A stretch of 64,000 bases of DNA. Source: Phyllosticta citribraziliensis (taxonomy: Eukaryota). The notes beneath the pieces were generated by a model. It was not told the origin of the DNA. It saw only the letters and a list, made by a program, of their open reading frames with translations, and did no database searches. The number at the start of each line of letters is the position of its first letter. Position 1 is the first letter of the stretch. The stretch covers positions 62,001-126,000 of the forward strand of contig NW_027117345.1 in assembly GCF_038025025.1 (NCBI RefSeq). The letters are read 5' to 3'. Below, in pieces: positions 26,179 to 38,169 of the stretch. The position numbers and the translations under genes were made by a program.

Positions 26179-27697
26179 GAGAAAGGGTGAGCCCAGGACA
26201 TGCCGGCTGATGAGGAAGAAGTCTGTGAAGAACAGAGCTTCGGGGACGCAGCGAACGGGACGATATATGCATCTGTTGGGCCTGGGTTTTGCTGGTTGCT
26301 GCTTTGATGGTCAGTGGTCTTTTTTGAGTCCTGGTCCGAAAGAGCGGCGGGCAAAGAGCAGGGCATGTGGCATGGCATAGCATGGCATGGACACGTACAA
26401 AAGTTTTTGATTTCTCCTCTCAAGTGTGGTACTGTGGCCGTTGTTGTGTCGCTTCTTTGAAGAAGTGTGTGCGGTCTACGTGAGCGATTTTCGTGTTTGT
26501 TTCCCTGCCTTCTATGTTTTCTGCGGCATGAGAGCGGATGCTACGCACGATCACTTTCCAGGAGGATTTGCTGGCACCGGAACTGCTGACTCTTGTGTTT
26601 GAAAAGATACCCCTGTCGTTTGTCTTTTACTTCTCTGGCGCTCGGAGGCTGATGAAGGCATAAGCATGGGCGTCACGCGTTCAGCGTTGTTTGATGATGG
26701 TCGCTTCAAACAAAGTAGGGTTCAGTGGCTTTGTTTGTCGGGTTTGAATACAGCTCCCGCCTTGGATGCAGCCACAGTGCGTGGAGTTGGTGTTATTTTC
26801 GACACCCTCGGCGTCGGCAGCGCCTCAGAACCCGCCAAACCAGTGCTTTTGACACTGGTAGGTTCGAGTGATTTCTAGGGCCCTCTCAATCACTACACTT
26901 GATGCTTGAATGCTCCCTGTGAGTCGTCGGTCATGACACCTGAGTGCTTTCAGTCAACCGTTGGTTGCAGCGTATGAATGCTTCCCATCATCTATCTGTT
27001 GGAGGGAATGAACGCTCCCTAACGGGCGACACTGATTTTCTATCTTTGTGTGTGCCACGACTTTTGTAAACAAGGCGTTGACTGAGTATTTAAGAGGTTA
27101 TTGGTGGTCTGCCTTGTTGCTGCCTCGTCGCTGCCAGAAAGGGAAGGATGGTTTGTAGACTTCCCTACCAATCTCTCCTCAAATCTTCCGAGCACCTCGA
27201 CTTCTCCGCACCACTCTTCTGTACCACGCAAGAACTCTTCCGCCCTCGTTTTTATTTCAATTGTCATCAAAGCGGCCTTTCAAGTGTAAGTTCTGCTACT
27301 TAATTGGCTGCATGAGCCAACAGCAAAACAGGCGGCTGTGATAGGCGTCACCAGGAATAACTCGCTCATGGCTGCACAATGGTCATCGACGAGGTCTCCA
27401 GAATGACTTTTCTGACACCTTCCGCTTGCTTTCTCAACCTCGATCCTCAAATGCCACTCCTCTTCAAGCGCTTGGCAATCGCCGTTGCGCGTGGCGAAGC
27501 AGTGGGGCAGCTGCAGGACCGAAGATGAACAGAGCGTTGCAGGCATTGGATAGCCACGTCGATTCGCTTGATTGGACAGCTCGATATGTCGCAGCACCGC
27601 AGAAGCCTCAGACTGCGGTAAGCTGAGGCTGAGTTCAGCCTGACACATTTCAACCCTAAACCACTGCATTCCTCTCTCTCCTTTTCCCTCTTTCTCT

Positions 27698-27727
27698 CCC
27701 CCCCCCACCCCCCCCCCCCCCCCCCCC
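27698..27727. repeat. Poly-C tract (C9-A-C20) about 150 bp upstream of the HET gene
   Basis: Read directly from the sequence. Confidence 0.9.
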
Positions 27728-27878
27728 TCTCTCTCTCCTTCTTCGTCACTTTTGGTCAAGAGCCTGCTGAATCAAAGTCTTCTGAGTCTTCTTCTCCAAT
27801 GCTCCGGAGCTCAACTCTCATTCCTGAAACAACATTTACGACTGCGGGCTCATAACTGGCCTTGTTCATGATCAAAAA

Positions 27879-30332
27879 ATGACATCCAACATGTCTGGAA
27901 AAAGGCCCCGAAATCGGGCGCTTTGCGGTAAATGCGACAGGTTTCTCCTAAACGTTTCCAGGATCGGGTCGACCGGCGAGCTCTTCTTCCTTGGCTTTTT
28001 TGAGATGATCGAACGACGGAGCAAGACCTGCGTCCTCTGTCTACTTGTTCACAAATTTCTTGCAAAGAGCGGCCCCAGCGTCGCATTCTGGAATCACCAA
28101 ATCGTTCTTAGCCCCAGGTTTGGTGTTGAAGAGTTCGCCATTTTATGCCCAGAAATCTGCCAGAGCGCTCCGCTTGGCTGGGTTCGAATCATCCAGCCAA
28201 ACGAGCGCATTTCCATCAACGGCCAAAGCGACTCCGGGGGAATCGACGAAGCTCTCAAGACAGGCCAAATACAGTTCAAACAAGTCAGATCGTGGCTTGC
28301 GAGCTGCGGTGTTGCTGGGTACCACCTTGCTGCCGATGGAAACAAGCCCTGGGGCATGTTCAGCCCAAGGAAAGTCCACGATCATCCTGAGGCGAAGGAA
28401 ACTCTTGTGGAAAGAAGTCTCGATCCACGGAATATGCTACTGATTGATGTTATCGATGAGTGCCTCGTGAAAGGCCGTCTTGACGTCAATTTTGTAGCTT
28501 TGAGCTATGTCTGGGGATCCTGGGGTGGATTGGAAGTCATAAAGACCACTGCAGAATCACTGAACTCTTTTTGTCAGAAGGGTAGCCTCAGTGGACTCGG
28601 TGAGAAATTGCCACGCGTGTTGAGCGACGCCATGGAGTTTGTGCGCGGAATCGGCCAACGCTACCTCTGGTGCGATTTGCTGTGCGTCGTATCAGACGAC
28701 CCAGAAGTCAGAAACAAACAAATCCAGATGATGGACGCCGTATACAGTGAGGCCACTCTCACCATCATCGCCCTTACTGGATCTCACGGCAACATGGAGC
28801 TTCCTGGTATCAGACCTCGATCCAGAGACCCAATTTGTCTTTCGGAGACTCTCAACGATGGTTCGCGATTGGTCATCCGGTACCTCCAGCTCACGAGTTT
28901 CTACGACAGCACAACCTACACGAAACGAGCATGGACATTTCAAGAAGAACTCTTGTCAAGAAGATGTCTTTACATTACGGACCGGCAAATGTACTTCAAA
29001 TGCAGATTCTGCTCACATCGCGAAGACGACATTCTATTCAACGAGGCCAATGATGAGAATGTGGAATTTCGTCTCAACTCCTTTCCAGCGGGTTACTCAA
29101 GTCTCGCAAACGTTGGTCAAAACATGAGCTTATACGAAAGACTGGTCGGCGAGTATAGTCGGTGACAGCTTACATTCGACAAAGATATCTTGAGGGCTTT
29201 CGAGGGGATCACTTCGGTGCTTGCGAGAGAGTACGATTGTCCGTTTTGGTGTGGACTTCCCAGCAAATTCTTAGTCGATGCACTCTTCTGGATTCCGAAA
29301 GATCACATCAGCCACCGCGTCGATGGAGGACTTATTCCAACTTGGTCTTGGGCTGCTTGGAAGGGCCCTGTATCCCACCAACCTTCCGATCCTGACCAAG
29401 AATCCTTTCCGGTCATCCAAGGCTTTATTTTTGGTAGCCAGTCTAGCGGTGCTGTCAAAGATGACCAGACTTTTTTGTTCATCCAGACGGTTCGGCGCAT
29501 ACTTGCCGGCTTCGCGTGCATTGGATCCATGGATGATTTCGAGTATCGTTTCAAGCGCTCAAGACTGAACGCAGGCGGTTGGTCAACACAGTCACCAACA
29601 GAATATCAAGCAAAGTTGGCGATTGAATTTACACGGGGGGGAGGCCGGGGTTTTCTAAGTTTCTTCTCCAGGATGACGTTAACAGATGAAACACCGCCGG
29701 CACCATGGCCATTCGGGGCCATGTGGTGCCTCAACCCGGACCACATAAGCAACTGGTGGCCATCAAACTGGGCTATACCCACGTGGGAAGAAATCTTTCA
29801 CGTTCTACGCCATTACTTGTCCGGGCTATTGCTCGACGAATCCGTTCGGGTGACGAGACCTTCCAGCAAGCTCCGCTTCAAACTCCTCTTCTCTACGATT
29901 AGGGATCAGTCCTTTGAACAACATAACATCGATGGAGGGCAGCTGGTGGAGCAAAACAAAGGCACTTTGAGCACGGTACTTTCGACTTCAGATGGCGCCT
30001 ATGACTTCGATGCGACAACGCGGAGATTTTCCAAAAGAAACGAGCCATTGGACAAACGTCTCGAATTCTCATCTAGACCTATGACGGCGATTTTCCAGAA
30101 TTCTTATTCTACACCTCGTGGGGTCTTGTTCGACTTTGAGGATGACATCAAAACTCGAATCAAGTCTTCTGACTTTTGCCAATTCGTCCTTCTGTCTAGT
30201 TCTCCTTCAGGAGTCCAGAACATCATGCTCGTCGAGCAGTTTGGAGATGGGTATGAAAGAATAGCGGTCGGTCAGCTCTTTCAGCCTATTCCCGTTGAGA
30301 ATTGCACGAAAAGTTTGATCAGTCTCAGCTAA
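27879..30332 (+). pseudogene. HET-domain (heterokaryon incompatibility-like) gene, 817 codons, with one internal in-frame TGA at 29163-29165 (nonsense allele, readthrough gene or sequencing error)
   Basis: HET motifs LLIDV, FVALSYVWG, LPRVLSDAM, RYLWCDLLCVVSDD, QIQMMDAVYSEATLTIIA and RAWTFQE. ORFs 27879-29165 and 29190-30332 share one frame and read YSR*QLTFDKDILRAFEGI, followed by the usual WCGLP, PTWSWAAW and YERIAVG motifs. Confidence 0.85.
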
Positions 30333-31968
30333 TTCATTCAATAATGGTACTGCTTTCGACAACAAGTCTTACTTCGGAATCTTGGGCTGACATGATTTGA
30401 CCACGATTGCCATTTCGAATTAATTTACAGCGGCGAGCTAGCCCTATGGATCATCTTACCCAAGCATACACCCCATATTCTTCAACAAGTGCCTACACAT
30501 CGATTCTCTAATAACGCTTTGTCAGATATGCACAAACACCTTTTCAGTCTGCCAAAGACACAGCGTCGAATCTGCACGTCCACTGCTTTTGAAATACATT
30601 CATCAACGAGTTGGCTACACAACACTTCGCATGATCTCCTCCCGGCATACACTGACCACGGCCACCACAAAGGGAAACACCTAACAAATCCCTCCGCGTG
30701 CACCCAACACTTCAGCCCCTGGAAACCGCAACCGCGAAACCAAGCACCCAATCCAGGCAACTCGCACCACACACACCCAACCCAGCAGAGAGTCACTTCA
30801 ACGCCACAACAGCACTCCAGCACAGCGCGCCACGACTGCTCCGATAAAAGCCTGCGCGCTGCAGCCGGCAGGCACGCCAGACGTTCGCAGAGGTCTCAGT
30901 CCCGCGATGTCAGACCCCCATGTGCGGCGCGTCGGCACGAGTACCACTACTACTACTGCCAATATTCCAGTGCTCTCCTGCAATCAGTTCAACAGCAGTC
31001 CTGATCGTCCTCCAGCCCTCCCATCACGTCCAGCGATGCGTAAACCGCAACCTAGCAACGGCCACTACGCGCGGAAAACGGACGCGCGCGCCAGGTCGCG
31101 GCGTGAATCGTGACTTTTCCTGCTGCTTCTCCATGGCAGACCAACACCAGCAAGAGCAGTGCAGAAAAAGAGCGCGAGGAAGGGCGCCAGGGCACGAACA
31201 GAACACAGACGGACGGACGGACGGATGGATGGATGGATGGCGTTGGGTTGCTGGCGGATGTTTGCTGCTTGGCCGCGCGCCTGCGTCGTCACTGACTGTG
31301 TCTGCCTCCCGCGAGTCGCGGGATACGCGAGTGAGGAACGCGAGCAAGAGCAAGCGCGAGCAAGCAAATATTTCACTTTTCTCAAATCCCCCCTTTTTCT
31401 CAAATCGACGTGCCAAACGGCAATCGGCAATCACGACGGACGGATACCACGAGCATGTGAATGCAAACAGGCCGCCAGGCGGCCGGGACAGTCGCATTCG
31501 AACAAACTTCTAAATTGGACGTGTGCGCAAATAGGGTTGTTATGTATGTATGTATGTGTGTATGCGATAGAGGAGCGAGCGGGTGCACGGGACGCGAGAA
31601 GCCGAGCGGGGCGGAGCGGAGCGGAGCGGCGGAGTCAGGGAAATGTGCTACGTAAGGTAGCTCGGGCTTGTTGTGGTGGTGTTGGTGAGGCATGGACGTA
31701 CGGAGTAACCAGTCTGCTCAAGCTGGGGCAAGGACTGTGTGGGGCGTCAGGGGTAGATTATTGCAGAGCTGGCGGGCCTGGGTTTCCAGCACGACACGAC
31801 ACGCGCTACAGACGGGCCCCCTGACAACGCAACTAGTGCTAGCCGCCTACCTGTCTGCCTGTCTCGCTACGGTATGGTATCTACCTACGCGCGCTAGCAG
31901 CCACTGCCGCTGCGCCGCCGCGCCAGTCGCGTGCATGCATGCATGCCTGACAACCGGCCACTACTGCA

Positions 31969-33357
31969 TTACAGCTTGTCGTCGTCGTCCTTGGCCAAGA
32001 CGTCGCGAAACCACGCGCCGAGGGCCTCGACCTCGCGGCGCCAGTCTGGCGCGCGATGCGCGCCCGTCCAGTGTCCGACGCCCGGGCGCAGCAGCAGCGC
32101 GCAGCGGTCCAGGGCCTCGTCGCGCGAGCCGCCGCTGTCGTGCTTGACGCTGCGCTGCACCAGGCGCACCAGCTCCTCGGCCTGGTCGCGCAGCGGCGAG
32201 GCCTCGCCGGCGCTGACGCTCATGACGGGCAGGCGGAGGCCGGCGGCCGTCGGCGGGTACGCGCGGTAGGAGCGGCGGCGCGGCTCGACGGTTGCGCGGA
32301 GCCCGTGGTATGGCGAGGCGGTTGATGGTGGGGTTGTTTCTTCGTCCCAGTCCGAGGCGAAGGCGTCGTCGGACTTGGGGGGTGCGGTGAAGGCTAGGCC
32401 CGGGGTGCGCAGGAAGTGGATGGGCGAGGCAAAGGGGTCGAAGTAGCCGTCTTGGTCGTGGAAGAAGGCGGCGCGGGCGCGCGTCACGGCGGCGGCGGGC
32501 AGGGCTGGGTTGTCGCCGTGGGCGTCCCACGATGGACGGCGATGTTGTTTGCGTCGGCGGCGGCCGGGGGCGAGTGAGACGCCGGCGATGTCTTGCAGCT
32601 GTTCGAGGAAGCCGTCGTCGCTTTCGTCATGAGTGCCGTCGACGTCGTCGTCGCAGCGGACCAGGTCTGGTGGCAGGATCCAGTCGACGAGGGGATTGTT
32701 GACGGCGGCGGCGGCGATGTGAGGGCCGTGGTCGTGGCATTCGGTTAGGGCGAGGGTGGTTGCCAGGTTGGCGCCCAGCAGCTCGCCGCAGACGCCGAGG
32801 CGGGCAGAGCTGGACTTGGGGTCGACGAGGTTGTGCAGGACCCAGTCCCAGGCGGTCAGCACGTCGTGGACGGGGGTGGGAAAGCGGTGGGCTTCGGCGA
32901 GGCGGTAGTTGACGCAGACGACGGTTGCGCCTGAGGCGGCGGATAGGGCTGCCACGGTTTGGGCGTCGTGGTCCGGGCGAGCTGGGGCATGGTCGGCGAG
33001 GAGAGGGCCGGCGGGGAGGTAGAGGAGGGTTGGGGACGACGCTGAAGCTGAAGCTGAAGCTGAAGCTGAGGGCGGCGGCAGGATGCTGCAGTGGAGGGCA
33101 GTGCATGCAGTCAGCGAGGCACAAGTTCTTGGAGTTGTTACTGTTACTGACCTCAGGCGAATGGCGCCGTTCGATCGACAGGGCACAGTAACCGAGTGCA
33201 CCCCCCGCACCTGACTCGCGCGCCCAGATACCTGAAGAGATAGCACCCGCCCGGCTCTGGACGCCAGCCCGGGCGCCAAAGGTGGGATGGCCACGGCCAC
33301 GGCCATGACGACGGGCATGCGCTGCAGCAGACGCAAGTGACAGGCGTGCTGGAACAT
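31969..33357 (-). CDS. Alpha/beta-hydrolase fold protein (HSL/abhydrolase_3-like), probably non-catalytic (about 440 aa; probable intron 33151-33086)
   Basis: VVCVNYRLAEAHRFPTPVHDVLTAWDWV is HSL-family-like; DPFASP motif; the nucleophile elbow reads GELLG. Probable 66-nt GTCAGT...CTGAC...CAG intron. Start at ATG 33357 is inferred. Confidence 0.8.
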   Translation of the reverse strand: MFQHACHLRLLQRMPVVMAVAVAIPPLAPGLASRAGRVLSLQVSGRASQVRGVHSVTVPCRSNGAIRLRSVTVTTPRTCASLTACTALHCSILPPPSASASASASASSPTLLYLPAGPLLADHAPARPDHDAQTVAALSAASGATVVCVNYRLAEAHRFPTPVHDVLTAWDWVLHNLVDPKSSSARLGVCGELLGANLATTLALTECHDHGPHIAAAAVNNPLVDWILPPDLVRCDDDVDGTHDESDDGFLEQLQDIAGVSLAPGRRRRKQHRRPSWDAHGDNPALPAAAVTRARAAFFHDQDGYFDPFASPIHFLRTPGLAFTAPPKSDDAFASDWDEETTPPSTASPYHGLRATVEPRRRSYRAYPPTAAGLRLPVMSVSAGEASPLRDQAEELVRLVQRSVKHDSGGSRDEALDRCALLLRPGVGHWTGAHRAPDWRREVEALGAWFRDVLAKDDDDKL

Positions 33358-34109
33358 TGGAAGAGTGGCCGGTAGAAAGTCACGGCGCGAGGGATAAGAG
33401 AGTAGGCCGGGCTGGTGCCATGGCATGCCAAAATTGCTGCGGCGCCGTGTTCCCCACACAGATGCAGACACAGACACACGGACGTACAGGGGCCGACTGC
33501 TGGGCGGCTTCCTCCTTCTTGCTCGCTCCCACATTCACTACCCTATCCTCTCTTCCACTCTCTCTCTCTCTCTGCCAACTCCTCCTCCTCCTCCTCCACT
33601 CCGCCCGACCTCTCTCGCTCCCACATCTCCCGCGAACCCCTCGTCCTCTTGGCCCCGCGCTTGTTCCCGCCTCTGCCGTTGGCCGTTTCATTTAATCCCT
33701 AACAGGCAACGTCGGGACGGCCTGGGTCTCAGATTGCCTTGCGCTACCCTACCTGGTACCTACCTACGCTACGGCTTCCCTCCGTCACTCCTTTGACCCT
33801 CAACTACCGGCCACACCTCCAACATATTCCTCTCGTGAGTCCTGCTCGCCGACAGACACGCCTCCAATTGTCCTAATTTTCCTACAAGGGCCGCCTGCTG
33901 CCTGCACCGGCAGTCCACTCCGCCCCCAGCCGCCTAACCCCATTTCTTGCCGTCGCCGGCGCGCCTCGAGCCCGACAACACCACGCCCACGGCCTCCCAT
34001 CATCAGCACCATATTGCACCTCTGCCCCTGAGCCGTCAACCCGAACTGTCTGCCACCGACACTCTCAATCCTTCCGCACCAGGAGCTCACGCGCTCCAGC
34101 ATCGCCATC

Positions 34110-36062
34110 ATGGCCGAGGGAAGTCGGTTACGGGGCTTCTGCATCCTCTTGCGCAACCTCTTCCTCGCCGCCCTGCTCTACACGTGCATTCTCAGCATAA
34201 TCAACCTCGCGCGGAACCCCTCGTCGAGACCCACTGGGAAACTCGGAATACCCGCCTTCCTGGGCAAGTCGGGCCCCGTCGATGTCATCAAGCCCACCAA
34301 GTCGGGCGTCAAGGTCAAGTTTGCAGGCTCGCCGACCAGCGTGACAATCAACCCGCACGCCAACGTCTTCAACCGCCCCGACAGCGCCGTCGCCGCCAAA
34401 GACGATTATCTTGGCCCGAGGCCGCATGTGGACACGGAGGCCGATCTGAAACTCTTGGTCGAGGAGTGCAGGGGCTCATACACGGGGATTGAAAAGATGA
34501 GAAACGTTTTCGACTGTCTCGCGTTTTTCGCCAACGACGAGCACCGCTACTACAAGCTCCCGGAACCGACGGCACGTGCCAGTGCCCAGGACCCTCGCAA
34601 GGCCGAGTACAACGACGCCGACGGCCATGGAAACGTCCTGGACAGATATCTGCCCGTGTCGAACGCGACAAAGGCCTCCAAGAGCTCGATTGGATCTTGC
34701 CCGGGCCCCATCGTTCCCTATCACGTCTATTGGACTGGTCCAGCGACGTGGAGGGTCGAGGTCTTTATCAAGAGTTACCTTTACTCGCAAAATCTGGCTT
34801 GCTCGCGCCTCTTTTTGTGGCTGGATGCCGACAAGAGGCCCAACGCGGTCGACGACATGCTGCAGAGGGACCCCTTGTTTGCCCGCTTCCTCCCCCTGGT
34901 CGAGCGTGGAGATATCACCGTCAAGGCCTGGAAGTTTCCTCAGCGCATCCCGCTGCCCAAAAACGTCGACCACAACGATGGAGCTCGCGTTTCGAGGGGC
35001 CGGCCAAACTCCCAAGGAGAAGTCACGATTGCGGATGGCGTGATTGAGGACAAGAATGGCCAGCAATGGCTCTCTCTGACCCCCAAGCAAATGACCTTTT
35101 TGCCCGTTGCCGTTTCGGACGCCATGCGTTTCGTCATTCTGCACATGTACGGAGGCGCCTACTTTGACATGGACGTCTTGATGCTCCGCGACATGCGCCC
35201 GCTCCTCCTGCCGCAGAACCACTCCTTTGCCGAGCGCTGGGCTGCCCACCCCCACCCTGGCGACTACAACACGGCCGTCATGTCCCTGACTGCCAACACC
35301 TCCCTTTCGTCCTATCTGCTGCGCGGCGGTGTCCGCATGGGCCTCAACTTTCACCCGCGCGTCATTGGCCGAATGGCGTGGAAAGACGGTCGCGATCAGG
35401 AATTCCTGATGCTCGAGACGGCCGCTTTTGACCCCATCTGGACCGAGTTCAACTGGGACCGCGAGGGCCGCTGCACAGTGCCCTGTCTCAAGGACTACAG
35501 CGCTGCATTCAAGGGCAAGACCAACTCGATAAAAGACGAGTGGCAAAGCTACGACGGGCCCCAGCTCGACCATGTGGATCTCAGCCAGCAGCGGCCGAGG
35601 ACGAGGATCCAGTCGCAGAAGGTGGTCAAGGGACGTGGCCCGAGCGCTGAGCCTTCAAGGCCAGGGTCGGACGCGCCCCACTCGGCTGCTGAACAGCCTG
35701 GAGCGGACCATAGCGACTCGTTCACCGCTACTAGCGCCGAGGAGGCCGAGCTCAGGAAGAAGGGCGTCGTTGCCGACTATCGTCTGGAGGAGGATCAGTT
35801 TCCTCCCAACAACCGGACCCTTGAAAACTTTTTCCGCGGTGCTTGGACATATCACATTCACAACCAGGTAAGTTTTTCCGTGACCCAAATATTGCTTAGC
35901 TAACCGGTACAGTGGCTCAAACACCCCGAGCCATCTTCTTGGATCAACGTGATTGAAGTGGCGCACGACGCCTTCTTCGCCGGCACCCGGACAAATCCAT
36001 ACGGCGAGACTTGGGACGGCCCGGACCTAATGCCCTATAATTTTTGGCCGGAGTTTGTATGA
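34110..36062 (+). CDS. Type II membrane DXD-motif glycosyltransferase, GT32/Och1-like (about 635 aa; exons 34110-35867 and 35913-36062)
   Basis: N-terminal TM helix; SDAMRFVILHMYGGAYFDMDV signature; HVYWTG; HIHNQW formed across a GTAAGT...GCTAAC...CAG intron. Confidence 0.85.
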
Positions 36063-38169
36063 TCAAAAAGATTAGAGAGTAGCAGCATCATAGTATAACG
36101 ACCATGTACACAAGAATCAGCACGACATGAACATATTCAATTCTTCCGCCGGGACCGCCCAATCGGAGCGGCGCTTCACATACAGACGGCTGACGGCGCG
36201 GAGCACGGATCTCTCCCACGACCCTTTCGAAACCCCGACTAACGGCTCTGGACCTATCTCGCGCACCACGCCTGGGAGTACCCTCAGTATCGTCCATCTC
36301 AGTCGACTCGCCGGCGCAGCTCGACCGGCTCATCTACCGTTCGCTTCCGCGGCGCAGCTTGACAAGACGACGCCAGACGCCATTGAGCGGCGGGGGCTTC
36401 CGAATCTGTTTTTTCGCTGTAAACCACATTCGCTTCGTTGCATCAACCAGACTTGAGGCATACAAATCTTGCGGCTTTCTGTCTGTTTGTCTACACTACG
36501 TTCGCTTCTGACTTGTATTTGACCTCTTTTCTTCACTTCTTCCCTTCCTGACACTTTTTGGGATTTTTTTACTTCTCTTCGTTGTTGTCTGTCTGGCAAG
36601 CTTGCGCGCTGCTGCAGTCGTCTCAGCTCGGTTCAACCAAGCAAGCTTCTTTCTTCCTTCTTCCTCCTTGCTCGTTCGGTCCGTGATAGATTTGGTTCTT
36701 CTCACGCCGTTAACCGGGGTCGTATTTTTGCCATCTTTTCCCTCCCTCCCCTTGCTTCTTCTTCTCTCCCGTCCTCAATATCCGACGGCGGGGCTTTCTT
36801 TTCGGCCCCCCGCTTGGTCGGATGTGTCACTCGGTTAACAAGCAAGCATGAGCGTATCCCTTGATTTTTCGTTTCCGTTTTGGAATCTCTTTTTCGTTTT
36901 AGTCTCGGATAGGATGCTCTCGTACTTTTTTTCGTTGTCTCGTCAACAACGCGTTTAAAGATTTCCCTCCCATGTGCTTTTGCAATTCTCTTCCCCCTTT
37001 TCTTTCTCTTCCTCTTTCTCTTTTTCTACACTCCCCCTTTCTTTTGCGCGTCGAGACTTTTCGCTTCGCCTCTTGTTCGACGCACGGACGACGGTCTTCA
37101 GCCAGTCGGTCGGTCAATCAGTCCGCGCCCCCTCCCTTGTACTATACCGCTTCTACACTATGCGTCCCCGCCTGCCTTTTTGCTTCCCTTCCCCTTTTCG
37201 CTCGGCGGGCGCATGCATGTGCTTTGTTGGCTCCGCGATCGCGACTTGGTGCGGCTTGGTCGCTTGATTGCTTGGGGCGAGTACGCGTGCGGGAAGTGAC
37301 GGCGCAGCGGCGCGTTGGACGGACGGCTCGAGGTGGCATATGATGCGATGGATGCGATGCGATGTGGGAGATGGAGGAGAAGTTGCGCGTGTGGCCAAGG
37401 CGAGCGCTAGTCGTCGTCGTCTTGGGCCGCCATGCCGTGCTCTCATCGCCTCGAGTCGAGTCGAGTCGTGTCGTGTCGTGTCATCACGTCGACCGCTACT
37501 GCGGTGGTGGTGGCCGTTGCGCCTGGACGTATGCTAAGCTCGTACGTACGCACATGATTGACGATGCGGATGATGGTGGGAACAGATAGGTGGACTATTG
37601 ACGACGACGACGACGACGACGAAGAAGGAAAGAAAAGGAAGGCAGTGATGTGGGTATGTGGGAAGAAGATGGATGATGGGGGTACCTAGTGAGATAGTGG
37701 CGCCGTATGTATGTACGTAGGCAAGTGCGTAGGACGGTAATAGACATCCAAGCAAGTCAACCACGCGAAGACGGCGAATGATGATGAAGAATGCCATCCC
37801 ATGCGTCAAAAGCGCTATACAGCGCAGCACAGCGTCTTACGAATATGATGTGTGTGTGTACCCTGCCCTGCCCTGCCCTGCCTTCCTTCCTGCCTCTCCC
37901 TCTCTTCACTGTCCGTCCCCCCCTGTTCGCGATGCCTAGGAAAGACAACACGTCCAGATCCAAAAACAAGGCCACACACTGGCCTGACTACCGTACGCTG
38001 CTACTGCCTTAGTTACCGTCTCTCCCCTCCTCTTGTGACTATCCAACAATGCGGATCATGCGGATCATGCGTACCATGCGTGCGTATCATCACCCTCGTC
38101 CTCTTCACCCCCTCTCCCCCTTCCTTCAAACACCTACTCCTTACACCTCCTCCTCCTACCTACCTACAC

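Noticed and set aside
28181..28190. GGTTCGAATC, tRNA T-loop/B-box-like sequence
   Set aside because: It lies inside HET coding sequence and I could not fold a cloverleaf around it.
29163..29165. Restorative A-to-I editing of the HET stop
   Set aside because: Known fungal cases mostly convert UAG with U 5' of the edited A; here the A follows G and editing would give Trp at an Arg position. Considered unlikely, not excluded.
29162..29168. GTGACAG as a micro-intron removing the HET stop codon
   Set aside because: Seven nucleotides is far too short for spliceosomal splicing and would shift the frame; the residues flanking the stop belong to a conserved motif.
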